51,303 nt of DNA from Hydrogenophaga sp. (GTDB taxonomy: Bacteria > Pseudomonadota > Gammaproteobacteria > Burkholderiales > Burkholderiaceae_C): positions 1 to 51,303 of the forward strand of contig JBIIQD010000001.1 of assembly GCA_044342265.1 (NCBI GenBank), written 5' to 3'. Both the position numbers and the translations under genes were made by a program. Below, piece by piece: positions 9,533 through 17,983 of this stretch. How positions within the stretch are numbered: the first letter of the stretch is position 1; every line of letters begins with the position of its first letter. The notes beneath the pieces were generated by a model. That model did not search any database. It was not told the origin of the DNA and worked only from the letters and a program-made list of their open reading frames with translations.

Positions 9533-10289
9533 TCGCATCGAGTCTGCTTCCGGCGGACCTGCGATGGCCGACTCCTCGCGCGTTTTGCAGATCCTCCCAC
9601 TGATCCCAGATGCGAGGTCCGCGGGCGAAGTGATCTCACTGTTTCGCGAGGCCGTTGTGGGCCTTGGTGCTGATGCTGGCGTCTTCTTGAGTTGCCTTCG
9701 TGACGACGCAACCCGAACCTCTTTTCGGTCGCTGTGGGCCTGCGATCCAGCATGGCCGGCGGAGTACGCTTCTCAACATTGGTTTGAACATGATCCGTGG
9801 CTGCGGTATGCATCAAGCAACGCCGAACCCACCCGCTCTAGAAGCCTGAGATGTTCGTTCCCCGAGGAGAACACATTCGCCCTGACGGCGGCAGAGCACG
9901 GCTTCGCCTCGGCCTTGATTGCACCCGCCCCCAGCCCGGTTGGGCTCTCACGGGTGGGGGTCCTATGCCTGGGATCAGCTGATACCAAAAGATTCGAGGG
10001 CGAAGATTACCCACTGGTGCGGGTGTTGGCGCGTGCGCTGGCCATGGAACTGCATCACGCGATTGCAAATTCCATGCGTGAAGAACTGCTCAAGGGTGAG
10101 GGCCTGACGGAAGCAGACCTGCACCTTTTGCGCTGCGAGGCCGCCGGTCACAGCAGCAAAGTCATCGGCCTCGCCCTGGCTCTGGAAGCCAAAACCATCG
10201 ACTGCCGGTTTCAGCGGCTCAATGCCAAGCTGGGGGCACCTGACCGGCGTTCAGCCGCCCGCATCGCCCGCCTCTACGGGCTTCTTTAG
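9507..10289 (+). CDS. LuxR-family regulator with autoinducer-binding domain (LuxR solo); start could be 9564
   Basis: W...Y........DP (WPAEYASQHWFEHDP), AAEHGF, C-terminal LuxR HTH ending KLGAPDRRSAARIARLYGLL. Confidence 0.85.
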   Translation: MRPLQPTSDRIESASGGPAMADSSRVLQILPLIPDARSAGEVISLFREAVVGLGADAGVFLSCLRDDATRTSFRSLWACDPAWPAEYASQHWFEHDPWLRYASSNAEPTRSRSLRCSFPEENTFALTAAEHGFASALIAPAPSPVGLSRVGVLCLGSADTKRFEGEDYPLVRVLARALAMELHHAIANSMREELLKGEGLTEADLHLLRCEAAGHSSKVIGLALALEAKTIDCRFQRLNAKLGAPDRRSAARIARLYGLL

Positions 10290-10595
10290 GCTGAACCCGA
10301 TTGAAATGGCCCGTTCTTTGCAGAAAGTTTGCTCGGGTGGAGCGTGTCACTGAGCGATCAAAGACACGGGTGACGAGCCGGCCGCCGCGTGTCAAGGTGC
10401 TTGTCTTTTCTGGACAGGGCTCGCCGAACTTCGAGGCCGATCATTCGCCCGCGTGCCTTGGTTGACGACCGGGGAGACGTCTGCCTTGCGCGCCATGGGG
10501 CCATCCCCCGGCAAATTGAAAGCAAAGAGGCGGCCTGTACCATGATTTCACCTCACGAACCTACCTCTATCAATGCCAAAAACTGGAGTCTACAG

Positions 10596-11318
10596 ATGTC
10601 CGTCTTTCCGATTTCCAACCGACCCGCGACTCTATCCGTACGCACACCAGAGCCCGGGTCGCAGCCACCGCCAGGGTCACCATACATTGAAACCCTCTAC
10701 GAGCAACTGCGGAAGAGGCCGGATCTGGTGGTTCCTCTGCAGGGCAGTCCGACCCACTTCGCCTTGGCCGACGGTAGCATCCTCAGGGTGAAGATCGACC
10801 CCGCAACCCACGATGCCCTTTTGGAGCTCGACTACCCACTCTTGGGCGGAAATGGGGTTGTGGCCTTTGAGCTGCTCATTCAAAGCCGTCCGCAGGGCCA
10901 GAGGGCCATCATACGCACCAACGCCAACGTGACGCCCCCGATCATCGTCCTGGAAAAGGCAGAGCTCAGCGTCGTCAAAGGTATGCTGAACGTCAACGGG
11001 CGCAACCTGCCTACGCTGTTTGGGGTCCCCTTCAACAGCGAGTTGGCCAATGCCGGCAGCGAGCTGAGCGTGCCTCCACCCAACGTGAAGCTGCCAGATC
11101 AGTGGCGGGGCCTTCGGTTGGATTGGGACATGAGCTCAGGCCCCAATTCAGTATGGATACGTGTCGACGGCACAATTGCGCCGTTGAGAGGCAGGCTCAG
11201 GCAGAAAGAAGACGGCTCGCTGGTGATGTTTGAGTGGGGCAAGGGAGTGAAGTCTCTGGAAGATGCGATTGGCGAGGCGTTGAAACTCCAAAGAAACGGG
11301 TCGATGAACTCGCAGTGA
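10596..11318 (+). CDS. Hypothetical protein, 3' end probably truncated by the IS21 fragment
   Basis: RBS GGAG before MSVFPIS; 240 codons with protein-like composition; last codons fall inside the IS21 remnant. Confidence 0.6.
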   Translation: MSVFPISNRPATLSVRTPEPGSQPPPGSPYIETLYEQLRKRPDLVVPLQGSPTHFALADGSILRVKIDPATHDALLELDYPLLGGNGVVAFELLIQSRPQGQRAIIRTNANVTPPIIVLEKAELSVVKGMLNVNGRNLPTLFGVPFNSELANAGSELSVPPPNVKLPDQWRGLRLDWDMSSGPNSVWIRVDGTIAPLRGRLRQKEDGSLVMFEWGKGVKSLEDAIGEALKLQRNGSMNSQ

Positions 11319-11701
11319 GTTTCGCACAGGGAGGATGCCACCGGTGCAGGGGCAGCAGCGGGAGCCGGTGGCCGGGGTGGGGCAGTTTGACTGGCCACGG
11401 CCTCAGAGCCGGTGGCCACCTCGGGGCAGTTTGCCCATTCTGCGGCAAAGCGCTGTTGATAGGTGCGGATGGTGTGTCGAGAAACTCCCGTGGCCCGCTC
11501 AATCTCTCGCTGGCTGGCGTTGGCCCGTAGCAGGGTCCAGATGGTGGTTTGCAGATGTGGCTTCAAGACGTTCACTCCATTGGCTCCCTTGTTGACTAGG
11601 GGGTGAAAGTAAGGTCCTACCCATTGGCCATCAGGCGACCAATATCCCACGCTCAATGCATCAGGTCACCCCCGGCCGGGTAGAGCAGTTTGGGTGACCA
11701 C
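11300..11701 (-). mobile_element. istA: IS21-family remnant: partial left end plus IstA N-terminus (GTG at 11575)
   Basis: VNVLKPHLQTTIWTLLRANASQREIERATGVSRHTIRTY...TAPPRPPA...CETHCEFID; upstream TGGTCACCCAAACTGCTC resembles IS21 terminal repeats. Confidence 0.7.
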
Positions 11702-11704
11702 CGG

Positions 11705-12047
11705 GGCTCAAGGGTAGGGGTCTTGTGCCTGGGATTCGCTGACCTCGAAAGGTTCGAAGGCGAGAACTACCCACAGGTGCGAGTGCTGACGCGCGCACTC
11801 TGGATGGACTTTATCACTGGATCGCAAAATCGATGCGTGAGGAGCTGCTCCGAGGTACGAACCTCACAGAAGCCGACCTGCATCTTCTGCGCTGCGAGAC
11901 CGCCGGAAACAGCAGCAAAGTAATCGGTACGCCCATGAATCTTGAGCCCGAAACCATCGACAGCCGGTTTCAGCGCCTGAATGCAAAGCTGGGGGCGCCG
12001 GACAGACGCTCAGCCGTACTCATCGCCCGCCTTTACGGCCTGCTTAG
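11705..12047 (+). pseudogene. Second, diverged luxR copy (3' half only; frameshifted, stop codon lost)
   Basis: SRVGVLCLG...RFEGENYPQVRVLTRAL / MREELL...LTEADLHLLRCE...KLGAPDRRSA...LYGLL aligns with 9948-10289. Confidence 0.85.
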
Positions 12048-12079
12048 GGGTCGCTATGGAAAGCTTTGCATAGCGACCC
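12048..12079. repeat. 32-bp near-perfect palindrome
   Basis: GGGTCGCTATG-G-AAAGCTTT-G-CATAGCGACCC, one mismatched pair. Confidence 0.9.
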
Positions 12080-12147
12080 AGAAAAACCATTCACCTGCCA
12101 CGCCGAAAGCCGTCACTCAGCGGCCAACGGCCAATCAGTCCAATCGA

Positions 12148-12267
12148 CGGGCGATGCAGCACCTCATTGCGACGGCAATAGCACTGAACGTAAAACCGAA
12201 CCCAACGCAGCTAGGCCTTCTCGGTGTTGGAGCTATAGTCAAGGTTACGAATCCGCTCCCGAAACTG
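12148..12267 (-). pseudogene. intI: Integron integrase N-terminal fragment, degenerate
   Basis: Manual translation QFRERIRNLDYSSNTEKA*LRWVRFYVQCYCRRNEVLHRP versus IntI1 [35 protein letters not shown] (recalled). Confidence 0.75.
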
Positions 12268-12287
12268 GGCTTTAGAGCCGTGATTGT

Positions 12288-12294
12288 GTTAGGC
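12288..12294 (+). other. Putative integron recombination core site (GTTRRRY)
   Basis: GTTAGGC located between the divergent intI fragment and the VOC gene (33 bp before its ATG). Confidence 0.55.
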
Positions 12295-12327
12295 CGCGCA
12301 ATCGTTCCGTTTCCGTTGACCTCATCC

Positions 12328-12726
12328 ATGAATCCAGTCGTCTACTTTGAGATTCCTGTCTCCAACATGCAGCGGGCATGCGTGTTCTACGAACGCGTAT
12401 TCAAAGTGTCACTCCAGGTCCGTGAGATCGACGGGAACGAGATGGTACTCTTTTCTTATGAAGAGGGTCAGCCTGGTGCGTCTGGAGCGCTTGCGCGAGG
12501 CTCCAGCTATGTCCCAGGCAAGGCTGGTGCGCGGGTCTACTTTGGTGTAGATGACATCGTTCAGACGTTGCAGCTCGCGGTCGCCGCGGGAGCAGAGGTC
12601 AACTATCCGGTTACCGAAGTCCCCGAGTACGGTTGGGTTGCAGAGTTCATCGATGTGGAGGGCAACTGCATTGCCCTGTACTCCAGCCAAGCCCCCTTCC
12701 CCGAATCTGGATCGGCGGTGCGATAA
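12328..12726 (+). CDS. VOC/glyoxalase family protein, probable former gene cassette
   Basis: MNPVVYFEIPV...FYERVF...GARVYFGVDDI...FIDVEGNCIALYS. Confidence 0.85.
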   Translation: MNPVVYFEIPVSNMQRACVFYERVFKVSLQVREIDGNEMVLFSYEEGQPGASGALARGSSYVPGKAGARVYFGVDDIVQTLQLAVAAGAEVNYPVTEVPEYGWVAEFIDVEGNCIALYSSQAPFPESGSAVR

Positions 12727-12967
12727 AGACCTTGATACGCGGGCAGGTGCAGTTCCCAGATTCAGCATTGCGTCGAATGCACATGTTCTGATGCCGGCTC
12801 GATGACAACATCCGCAAGGGAGCTCGCTGGATACGAGCAGGTCGGGTCGGTGCCGAGATAGCAACAACGATGATTTGCCCGCACTCCCGTAAGGGCGGCG
12901 GGGCTTGCAATCACCAAATCGGCGCAGCGTGAAACACTCGTGAGGCACGCCACGTCCTCGGGCACGG

Positions 12968-13948
12968 TCAGGTCGTTGCGAACGTCTTTCGCCATTGACT
13001 GGGCGACACGCCAACAGATTGGCGGAACTGCAGGCGAAATGACTCGGCAGAGCCGAAGCCGGCCTGCTCGGCCACGAGCTCAATGCTCAGCGATCCACGC
13101 TCCAGCAGGCGCTGCGCGTGCTGAATGCGCTCTGCCTGCAACCAAACCTGTACCGATGTGCCAGTCAAAGCCTTGAATTGACGGGTGAGTGTTCGTCGGC
13201 TGAGGCCAGCCTCTTGTGCCAACGTGTCCAGGCTGTGCGGTTCATGAAGCCGCGCACGCACCTCGTCCATCAGTCGGCCTAGCCGAGTGCCCGTACGGGC
13301 CTTTGGCATGGGCTGCTGAATGAATTGCGCCTGGCCCCCTTCTCGGTGCGGCGGGATCACGAGCCGCCGTGCCAACTGGTTGGCGCGTTCGCCTCCCAAC
13401 TGCTGCCGCACCAGGTGCAGGCAGGCATCCAGGCCAGCGGCGGTGCCTGCCGAGGTGAGTACGCGCTCCTCCTGTACGTAGAGCACGTCAGGCTCCACCC
13501 GGATGTCGGCAAAACGCTTGGCAAACAGTGGGGCGTATTCCCAATGCGTGGTGGCCTTGCTGCCAGCCAGCAGGCCTGCCTCGGCCAGCACGTGACTGCC
13601 CAGGCAAAGCCCCACGATGGTGGCACCGAGTGCATGGGCCGTGCGCAGGGCATGCAACAGCACCTCGGGGGGCCGCTCGTTGATGTCGCGCCAACTCGGC
13701 ACGATCACCACCTCTGCCTCTTCCAGGGTGCTCAGCGATGGCAGGGCGGTCAAGGCAAAGCCCGCGCTGGTTCGCACAGGTGGCGGGTCAATGCTGCACA
13801 CCACGAGTTCAAAAGGGTTGTCTGGCTCCAGGCCCTCGCCAAACACCACGCAAGGTACCGACAGATGAAATGGGCTGACACCTTCGAACGCCACCACCGC
13901 CACCAGGCGGCGAAGCGGTTGCACGGCGGGTGATGAGGTCAAAGGCAT
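12968..13948 (-). CDS. GlxA/FtrA-family AraC regulator with DJ-1/PfpI amidase-like domain
   Basis: VGLCLGS, ATTHW, LTSAGTAAGLD, PPHREGGQAQFI, C-terminal AraC double HTH. Confidence 0.92.
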   Translation of the reverse strand: MPLTSSPAVQPLRRLVAVVAFEGVSPFHLSVPCVVFGEGLEPDNPFELVVCSIDPPPVRTSAGFALTALPSLSTLEEAEVVIVPSWRDINERPPEVLLHALRTAHALGATIVGLCLGSHVLAEAGLLAGSKATTHWEYAPLFAKRFADIRVEPDVLYVQEERVLTSAGTAAGLDACLHLVRQQLGGERANQLARRLVIPPHREGGQAQFIQQPMPKARTGTRLGRLMDEVRARLHEPHSLDTLAQEAGLSRRTLTRQFKALTGTSVQVWLQAERIQHAQRLLERGSLSIELVAEQAGFGSAESFRLQFRQSVGVSPSQWRKTFATT

Positions 13949-14070
13949 GGATTCAGAAGAAGCAGATACAAGTTGGCCCGATCTTACCGATAGTTGACTT
14001 ACGGGCCTATGGTCGATCTTGCCTGCGTTCGGAAGAATCAAGGCTTCACTCATTTCCCTGGAGAACTCCC

Positions 14071-14592
14071 ATGTCCAAACCGGCTTTGTTACTGATCGAT
14101 CTGCAAAATGACTACTTTCCTGGCGGTGCCTTCCCGCTGGCCAACACCGAAGCGGCATTGGCCGCGGTGGAACAGGCGATCCGCCATGCGCAGTCAAAGG
14201 GCTTGCCGGTGGTTCATGTGCAGCATGTGGCCGACCCTGCGCAGGGCATCGCTCCTTTCTTCAACGCCGACACCGAAGGCGTGAAGATCCATCCACGCAT
14301 CCTGGCAGCCGCGCCGGATGCACCCGTGGTGGTCAAGCACTTTGCCGACAGCTTTGAGCGCACCAACCTGCATTCGACGCTGCAAGACCTGGGGGCGACC
14401 GAGCTGGTGCTGTGCGGCATGATGACGCAGAACTGTGTGACCCACACCGCGTTGTCCCGCCAAGCCGATGACTACGAGCGGGTGACGGTGCTCACCGATG
14501 CCTGCATCACGGTCAGCGAGATGCTGCATGCCATCGCCCTGCATGCGTTATCGACCCGTGTTCGATTGGTCGGATCCGCGTCCAACTGGTGA
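14071..14592 (+). CDS. Cysteine hydrolase (isochorismatase family)
   Basis: LLLIDLQNDYF, K in VVKHFADSF, GMMTQNCV; divergent from the GlxA regulator. Confidence 0.92.
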   Translation: MSKPALLLIDLQNDYFPGGAFPLANTEAALAAVEQAIRHAQSKGLPVVHVQHVADPAQGIAPFFNADTEGVKIHPRILAAAPDAPVVVKHFADSFERTNLHSTLQDLGATELVLCGMMTQNCVTHTALSRQADDYERVTVLTDACITVSEMLHAIALHALSTRVRLVGSASNW

Positions 14593-15046
14593 CCGGTGAC
14601 GTCGCCCAGCCCATCATCTTTCCGAAAGGTGACCCCATGACTCTGTTGCAGCGACTGCGTTTCGTGTTGGTTTGCCTGGTCACTCTGGTGGCGATTCCGG
14701 CAGCTGCCGGGCAAACTGAACCTGCCCCTGTTGGACGTACCTCTTAGCTGGTCAATTATGCGGCCTTCTTGAGTTGTGCCGCGTGCCAGCTTTTCTCAAA
14801 CTGCATCGGGCTGACATAGCCCAATGTCGAGTGAATTCTGCGGTGGTTGTAGAACGTCATCCAGTCAATCACCTCGTCCATGGCCTGCCTGCGGGTCTCG
14901 AATTTCCGACCGTGCAAGCGCCCCACCTTCAGACGCCCCCAGAAGCTTTCCGTGGGCGCGTTGTCCCAGCAGTCGCCCTTGCGGCTCATGGAGCTTTTCA
15001 TCTTGTAATCGGCCAGCGCAGCCTGCAATTCATGTCCGCAGTATTG

Positions 15047-16497
15047 GGCGTATTCAACCGGTCGTCGCAACACCGAGTTACGCGACAGATTTTAGGTAGT
15101 CGTTCAGAGCTTCTGCCGGAGTCTTCCAACCCAGCGTCTTGCGCGGCCTGTTGTTCAGGGTGAGTGCCACTGCTTGAACCTCTTGCTCACTCCACCGAGA
15201 CAGGTCGGTGCCCTTGGGGAAGTATTGGCGCAGCAGCCCGTTCGTGTTCTCGTTGGTGCCGCGCTGCCATGGACTACGAGGATCGGCAAAGAAGACTTTC
15301 ACTCCGGACTCGATGGTGAACCGTGCATGGTCGGACAACTCCTTGCCACGATCCCAAGTCAATGAGTGACATAGCTGGGTAGGCAGCTTCGTCACAGTTC
15401 TCTTGAGGGCGTTGGCCATGGTGATGGCTCCGTAACCCGCAAGCGCAGGACCATTCTTTGTTCGAGGAGTCAGTCCATAGCCCTCCTCGCGCGGCAGGTG
15501 CACGAGCATGGTGAAGCGGCTTGACCGTTCCACCAGCGTGCCAATGGCCGACCTGTCCAAGCCGATGATCAGGTCACCCTCCCAGTGACCGGGTACAGCA
15601 CGATCTTCTATCTCAGCGGGGCGGCTGGAGATCATCACCTCTTCACTGACATGTGCCCATGCCTTGGCTTGGGACCTGGCCCGTGGGGTGCGCAAAGCAC
15701 GCCCTGTACGCAGGTAGCTCACAAGCTCACGCTTGAGGGCGCCTCTGCCCTGGATATAGAGCGCCTGGTAGATGGCTTCGTGGGAGATACGCATGGACGG
15801 ATCATCCGGGAAGTCGACCTGAAGGCGGTTTGCAATCTGCTCTGGCGACCAGCCATTGACCCATTTGCGGTCACCACGATGAGGCTTGTTGCGGCCGATG
15901 AAAGGAGCTTGGCGAGGTCCGGCCACCTCTCGCCCTTGGGCATCGAGAATCTTGCCCTCCAGGCGGTCTTGGACATATTCGCGCAGACACTGGTTCATCA
16001 CGAGCTTGGCAGGCTTGGGCCTTCTGGCGGCCAGATCGGACTTCCACTGCGCGACTGACGCTCGGTACTCGAGCTTGCCACCACGGGTCGCAGCGTTGCG
16101 CGTCAACTCCCGCGAAACAGTTGAAGGGCTTCGACCAATACGACGAGCTATCTCCCGCACACTGACATCTTGAGCTCGCAGAAGCCCAATCTCTTCTCGC
16201 TCCGCGAACGACAGATACCTTCCGCATACAGGTTTCGACATGAACAATGGCATGCCTCCACGATGCCGGAACCAGCGCGAGCCCACCGCCTGCGATACGC
16301 CAACCGCCTCAGCTGCCCTCTCACTGGTGATTCCGGTTGCAATCTGTACCCAGAACTGACGCTCGACCTCTCGCCGAAGCGAAGGCGCCCCCGGAGAGCG
16401 CATTGCCTCCCTCCTTGTCAATTGCTTCATCCATCCTGCAGGTCGCCCCATAAACACCTCCTGGTTGAAGGTGTTGCGACGACCAGTTGAATCCGCC
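15047..16497 (-). mobile_element. IS30-family insertion sequence nested in IS3 orfB
   Basis: 28-bp IRs with 26 matches (GGCGTATTCAACCGGTCGTCGCAACACC / GGTGTTGCGACGACCAGTTGAATCCGCC); 3-bp duplication TTG (15044-15046 / 16498-16500). Confidence 0.93.
15078..16451 (-). CDS. IS30-family transposase, intact
   Basis: WSPEQIA, ISHEAIYQ, GHWEGDLIIG, LTWDRGKE, PWQRGTNENTNGLLRQYFPKG; RBS AGGAGG. Confidence 0.95.
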   Translation of the reverse strand: MGRPAGWMKQLTRREAMRSPGAPSLRREVERQFWVQIATGITSERAAEAVGVSQAVGSRWFRHRGGMPLFMSKPVCGRYLSFAEREEIGLLRAQDVSVREIARRIGRSPSTVSRELTRNAATRGGKLEYRASVAQWKSDLAARRPKPAKLVMNQCLREYVQDRLEGKILDAQGREVAGPRQAPFIGRNKPHRGDRKWVNGWSPEQIANRLQVDFPDDPSMRISHEAIYQALYIQGRGALKRELVSYLRTGRALRTPRARSQAKAWAHVSEEVMISSRPAEIEDRAVPGHWEGDLIIGLDRSAIGTLVERSSRFTMLVHLPREEGYGLTPRTKNGPALAGYGAITMANALKRTVTKLPTQLCHSLTWDRGKELSDHARFTIESGVKVFFADPRSPWQRGTNENTNGLLRQYFPKGTDLSRWSEQEVQAVALTLNNRPRKTLGWKTPAEALNDYLKSVA

Positions 16498-17108
16498 TTG
16501 GCTGCCGCGGTCAGAATGGAAGATAACACCAGCCTCTGGCGCTCGCCGGAACCACGCCATGCGCAACGCATCCGTCACCAGTGAACTGTGCATGTGTGGC
16601 TGCATGCTCCAGCCCACCACCTGACGGTTGAACAAGTCCAGCACCACGGCCAGGTACAACCAGCCCTCGTCGGTCGCGATATAGGTGATGTCGCCCGTCC
16701 ACACCTGATTGGGCGCAGTCGCCGTGAAGTTGCGCTGCAGCAGGTTCGGCGCAATGGGCAGGCTGTGTTTGCTGTCGGTGGTGACGACAAACTTCCTCTT
16801 GCCCCGGGCCTTGATGCCGTGCTCTTTCATCATGCGCCGCACCCGCTCCTTGCCCACCCGGATGCCTCGGGCCACCAGTTCCTTGCACATCTTGGGCCAG
16901 CCGTATTCCTGCTTGACCTCGGCGTGGATGGCCCGAATGTGGGCCAGCAGAGCCTCGTTGCTGATGCGTTTGTTGGCGCCCGCCTTGGATGGCTTGTCCG
17001 TACCCTTGCGGCGCATGTGCTCGAAGTAGCCGCTGGTGCTCACGCCCAGCATGTCGCACGCCACGGAAACTGACCACCGCTGCCTGTTGATGGCTATCCA
17101 GGCGTACT

Positions 17109-17405
17109 TCACGTCGATTCCCTTGCGAAGTACGCCGTCGCTTTTTTTAAGATGTCGCGCTCCATCTTGACCCGGGCAAGTTCGGCACGCAGCCTGGCCA
17201 ACTCCATCTGCTCAGCACTCACCGGCTTGTCGCCAGCCCCCTTGAGAGTTCCTTTTTTTTCGAGCCGTACCCAGCTCTGCAGCGTCTGCTTGGGGACACC
17301 CAACACCTTTGCCGTGACTGCGGCCACCTGGCCACCCTTGACCAGCCTGACGGCTTCCAGCTTGAATTCCAACGTGTACCGCGCCCGTCGTTTCGCTTCG
17401 CTCAT
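17109..17405 (-). CDS. IS3 OrfA
   Basis: RARYTLEFKLEAVRLV...ELARVKMERDILKKATAYFA; A7G slippery site (plus-strand CTTTTTTT at 17141-17148) for -1 frameshifting. Confidence 0.92.
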   Translation of the reverse strand: MSEAKRRARYTLEFKLEAVRLVKGGQVAAVTAKVLGVPKQTLQSWVRLEKKGTLKGAGDKPVSAEQMELARLRAELARVKMERDILKKATAYFAREST

Positions 17406-17983
17406 TTCTTTCTCCTAAAACTGATTCTTACCCATCAGCTAAGGAGTACGTTTTTCGGGGGCAAGGTCAAACACCCAAGCAAATTGTGACGGCGTTCTTC
17501 GACCTGGCCTTCGTGCAGCGCCAACCCGTCGAAGCTGCGGGGAAGTACATCTCAGCCGATCAATACATCCAACACAACCCCGGTGGCACAGACGGCCGCG
17601 CCGCGTTCATCGCAGGATTTGCGGCTTACGTCGAGAAGACCAATTTCCGTTGCGAAATCAAGCGGGTGATCGCCGAAGGCGACCTGGTGGTTGTGCATAA
17701 CCATTGCAAGGAGAACCCGGCTGATGCGAACGATCGAGGCAGCGCCGTCGTGGACATTTTCCGAGTTGACAAGGGCCTGATCGTCGAACACTGGGACGTG
17801 GAACAGGCGGTGCCTGCGCAGCCCAAGAATCGCAACACCATGTTCTAAAGGCTGCCAAGCTGGAAAACAGCCCAAATCCAGCATCGGCGCAAGGGGCTTC
17901 AAGTCCTACATTGACTTCACGGTGTTCGAAGAGCCGGCAAGAAATGCCGCCTCAAGAACAGCGCAGACATGAAGGACTTGACC

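Larger units (their letters stand above)
14756..17112 (-). pseudogene. IS3 OrfB DDE transposase interrupted by IS30
   Basis: WTGDITYI...WLYLAVVLDLF...FHSDRGSQ | YCGHE...SMSRKGDCWDNAPTESFW...FYNHRRIHSTLGY. Confidence 0.92.
14717..17469 (-). mobile_element. IS3-family insertion sequence (1299 bp once the nested IS30 and its duplication are removed)
   Basis: Ends TGAACCTGCCCC... and ...GGGGCAAGGTCA (TG...CA); 3-bp target duplication AAC (14714-14716 / 17470-17472). Confidence 0.93.
14637..17848 (+). pseudogene. Secreted SnoaL/NTF2-like protein split by IS3 (14637-14716 plus 17473-17848)
   Basis: Removing the IS and one AAC restores MTLLQRLRFVLVCLVTLVAIPAAAGQ-TPKQIVTAFFDLAF...YIQHNP...IAEGDLVVVH...VDIFRV...IVEHWDV in frame. 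Confidence 0.9.

Noticed and set aside
11099-11656. 185-aa ORF as an intact gene
   Set aside because: Only 11575-11300 resembles IstA; the rest is antisense to the neighbouring ORF.
11833-12726. 297-aa ORF appearing to fuse a LuxR HTH to a VOC domain
   Set aside because: Readthrough from the lost luxR stop across a palindrome and the antisense intI fragment; VOC has its own ATG at 12328.
12727-12967. Possible patatin-like remnant on the minus strand (IIVVAIS, ADVVIEP)
   Set aside because: Motifs are short, in different frames and not diagnostic.
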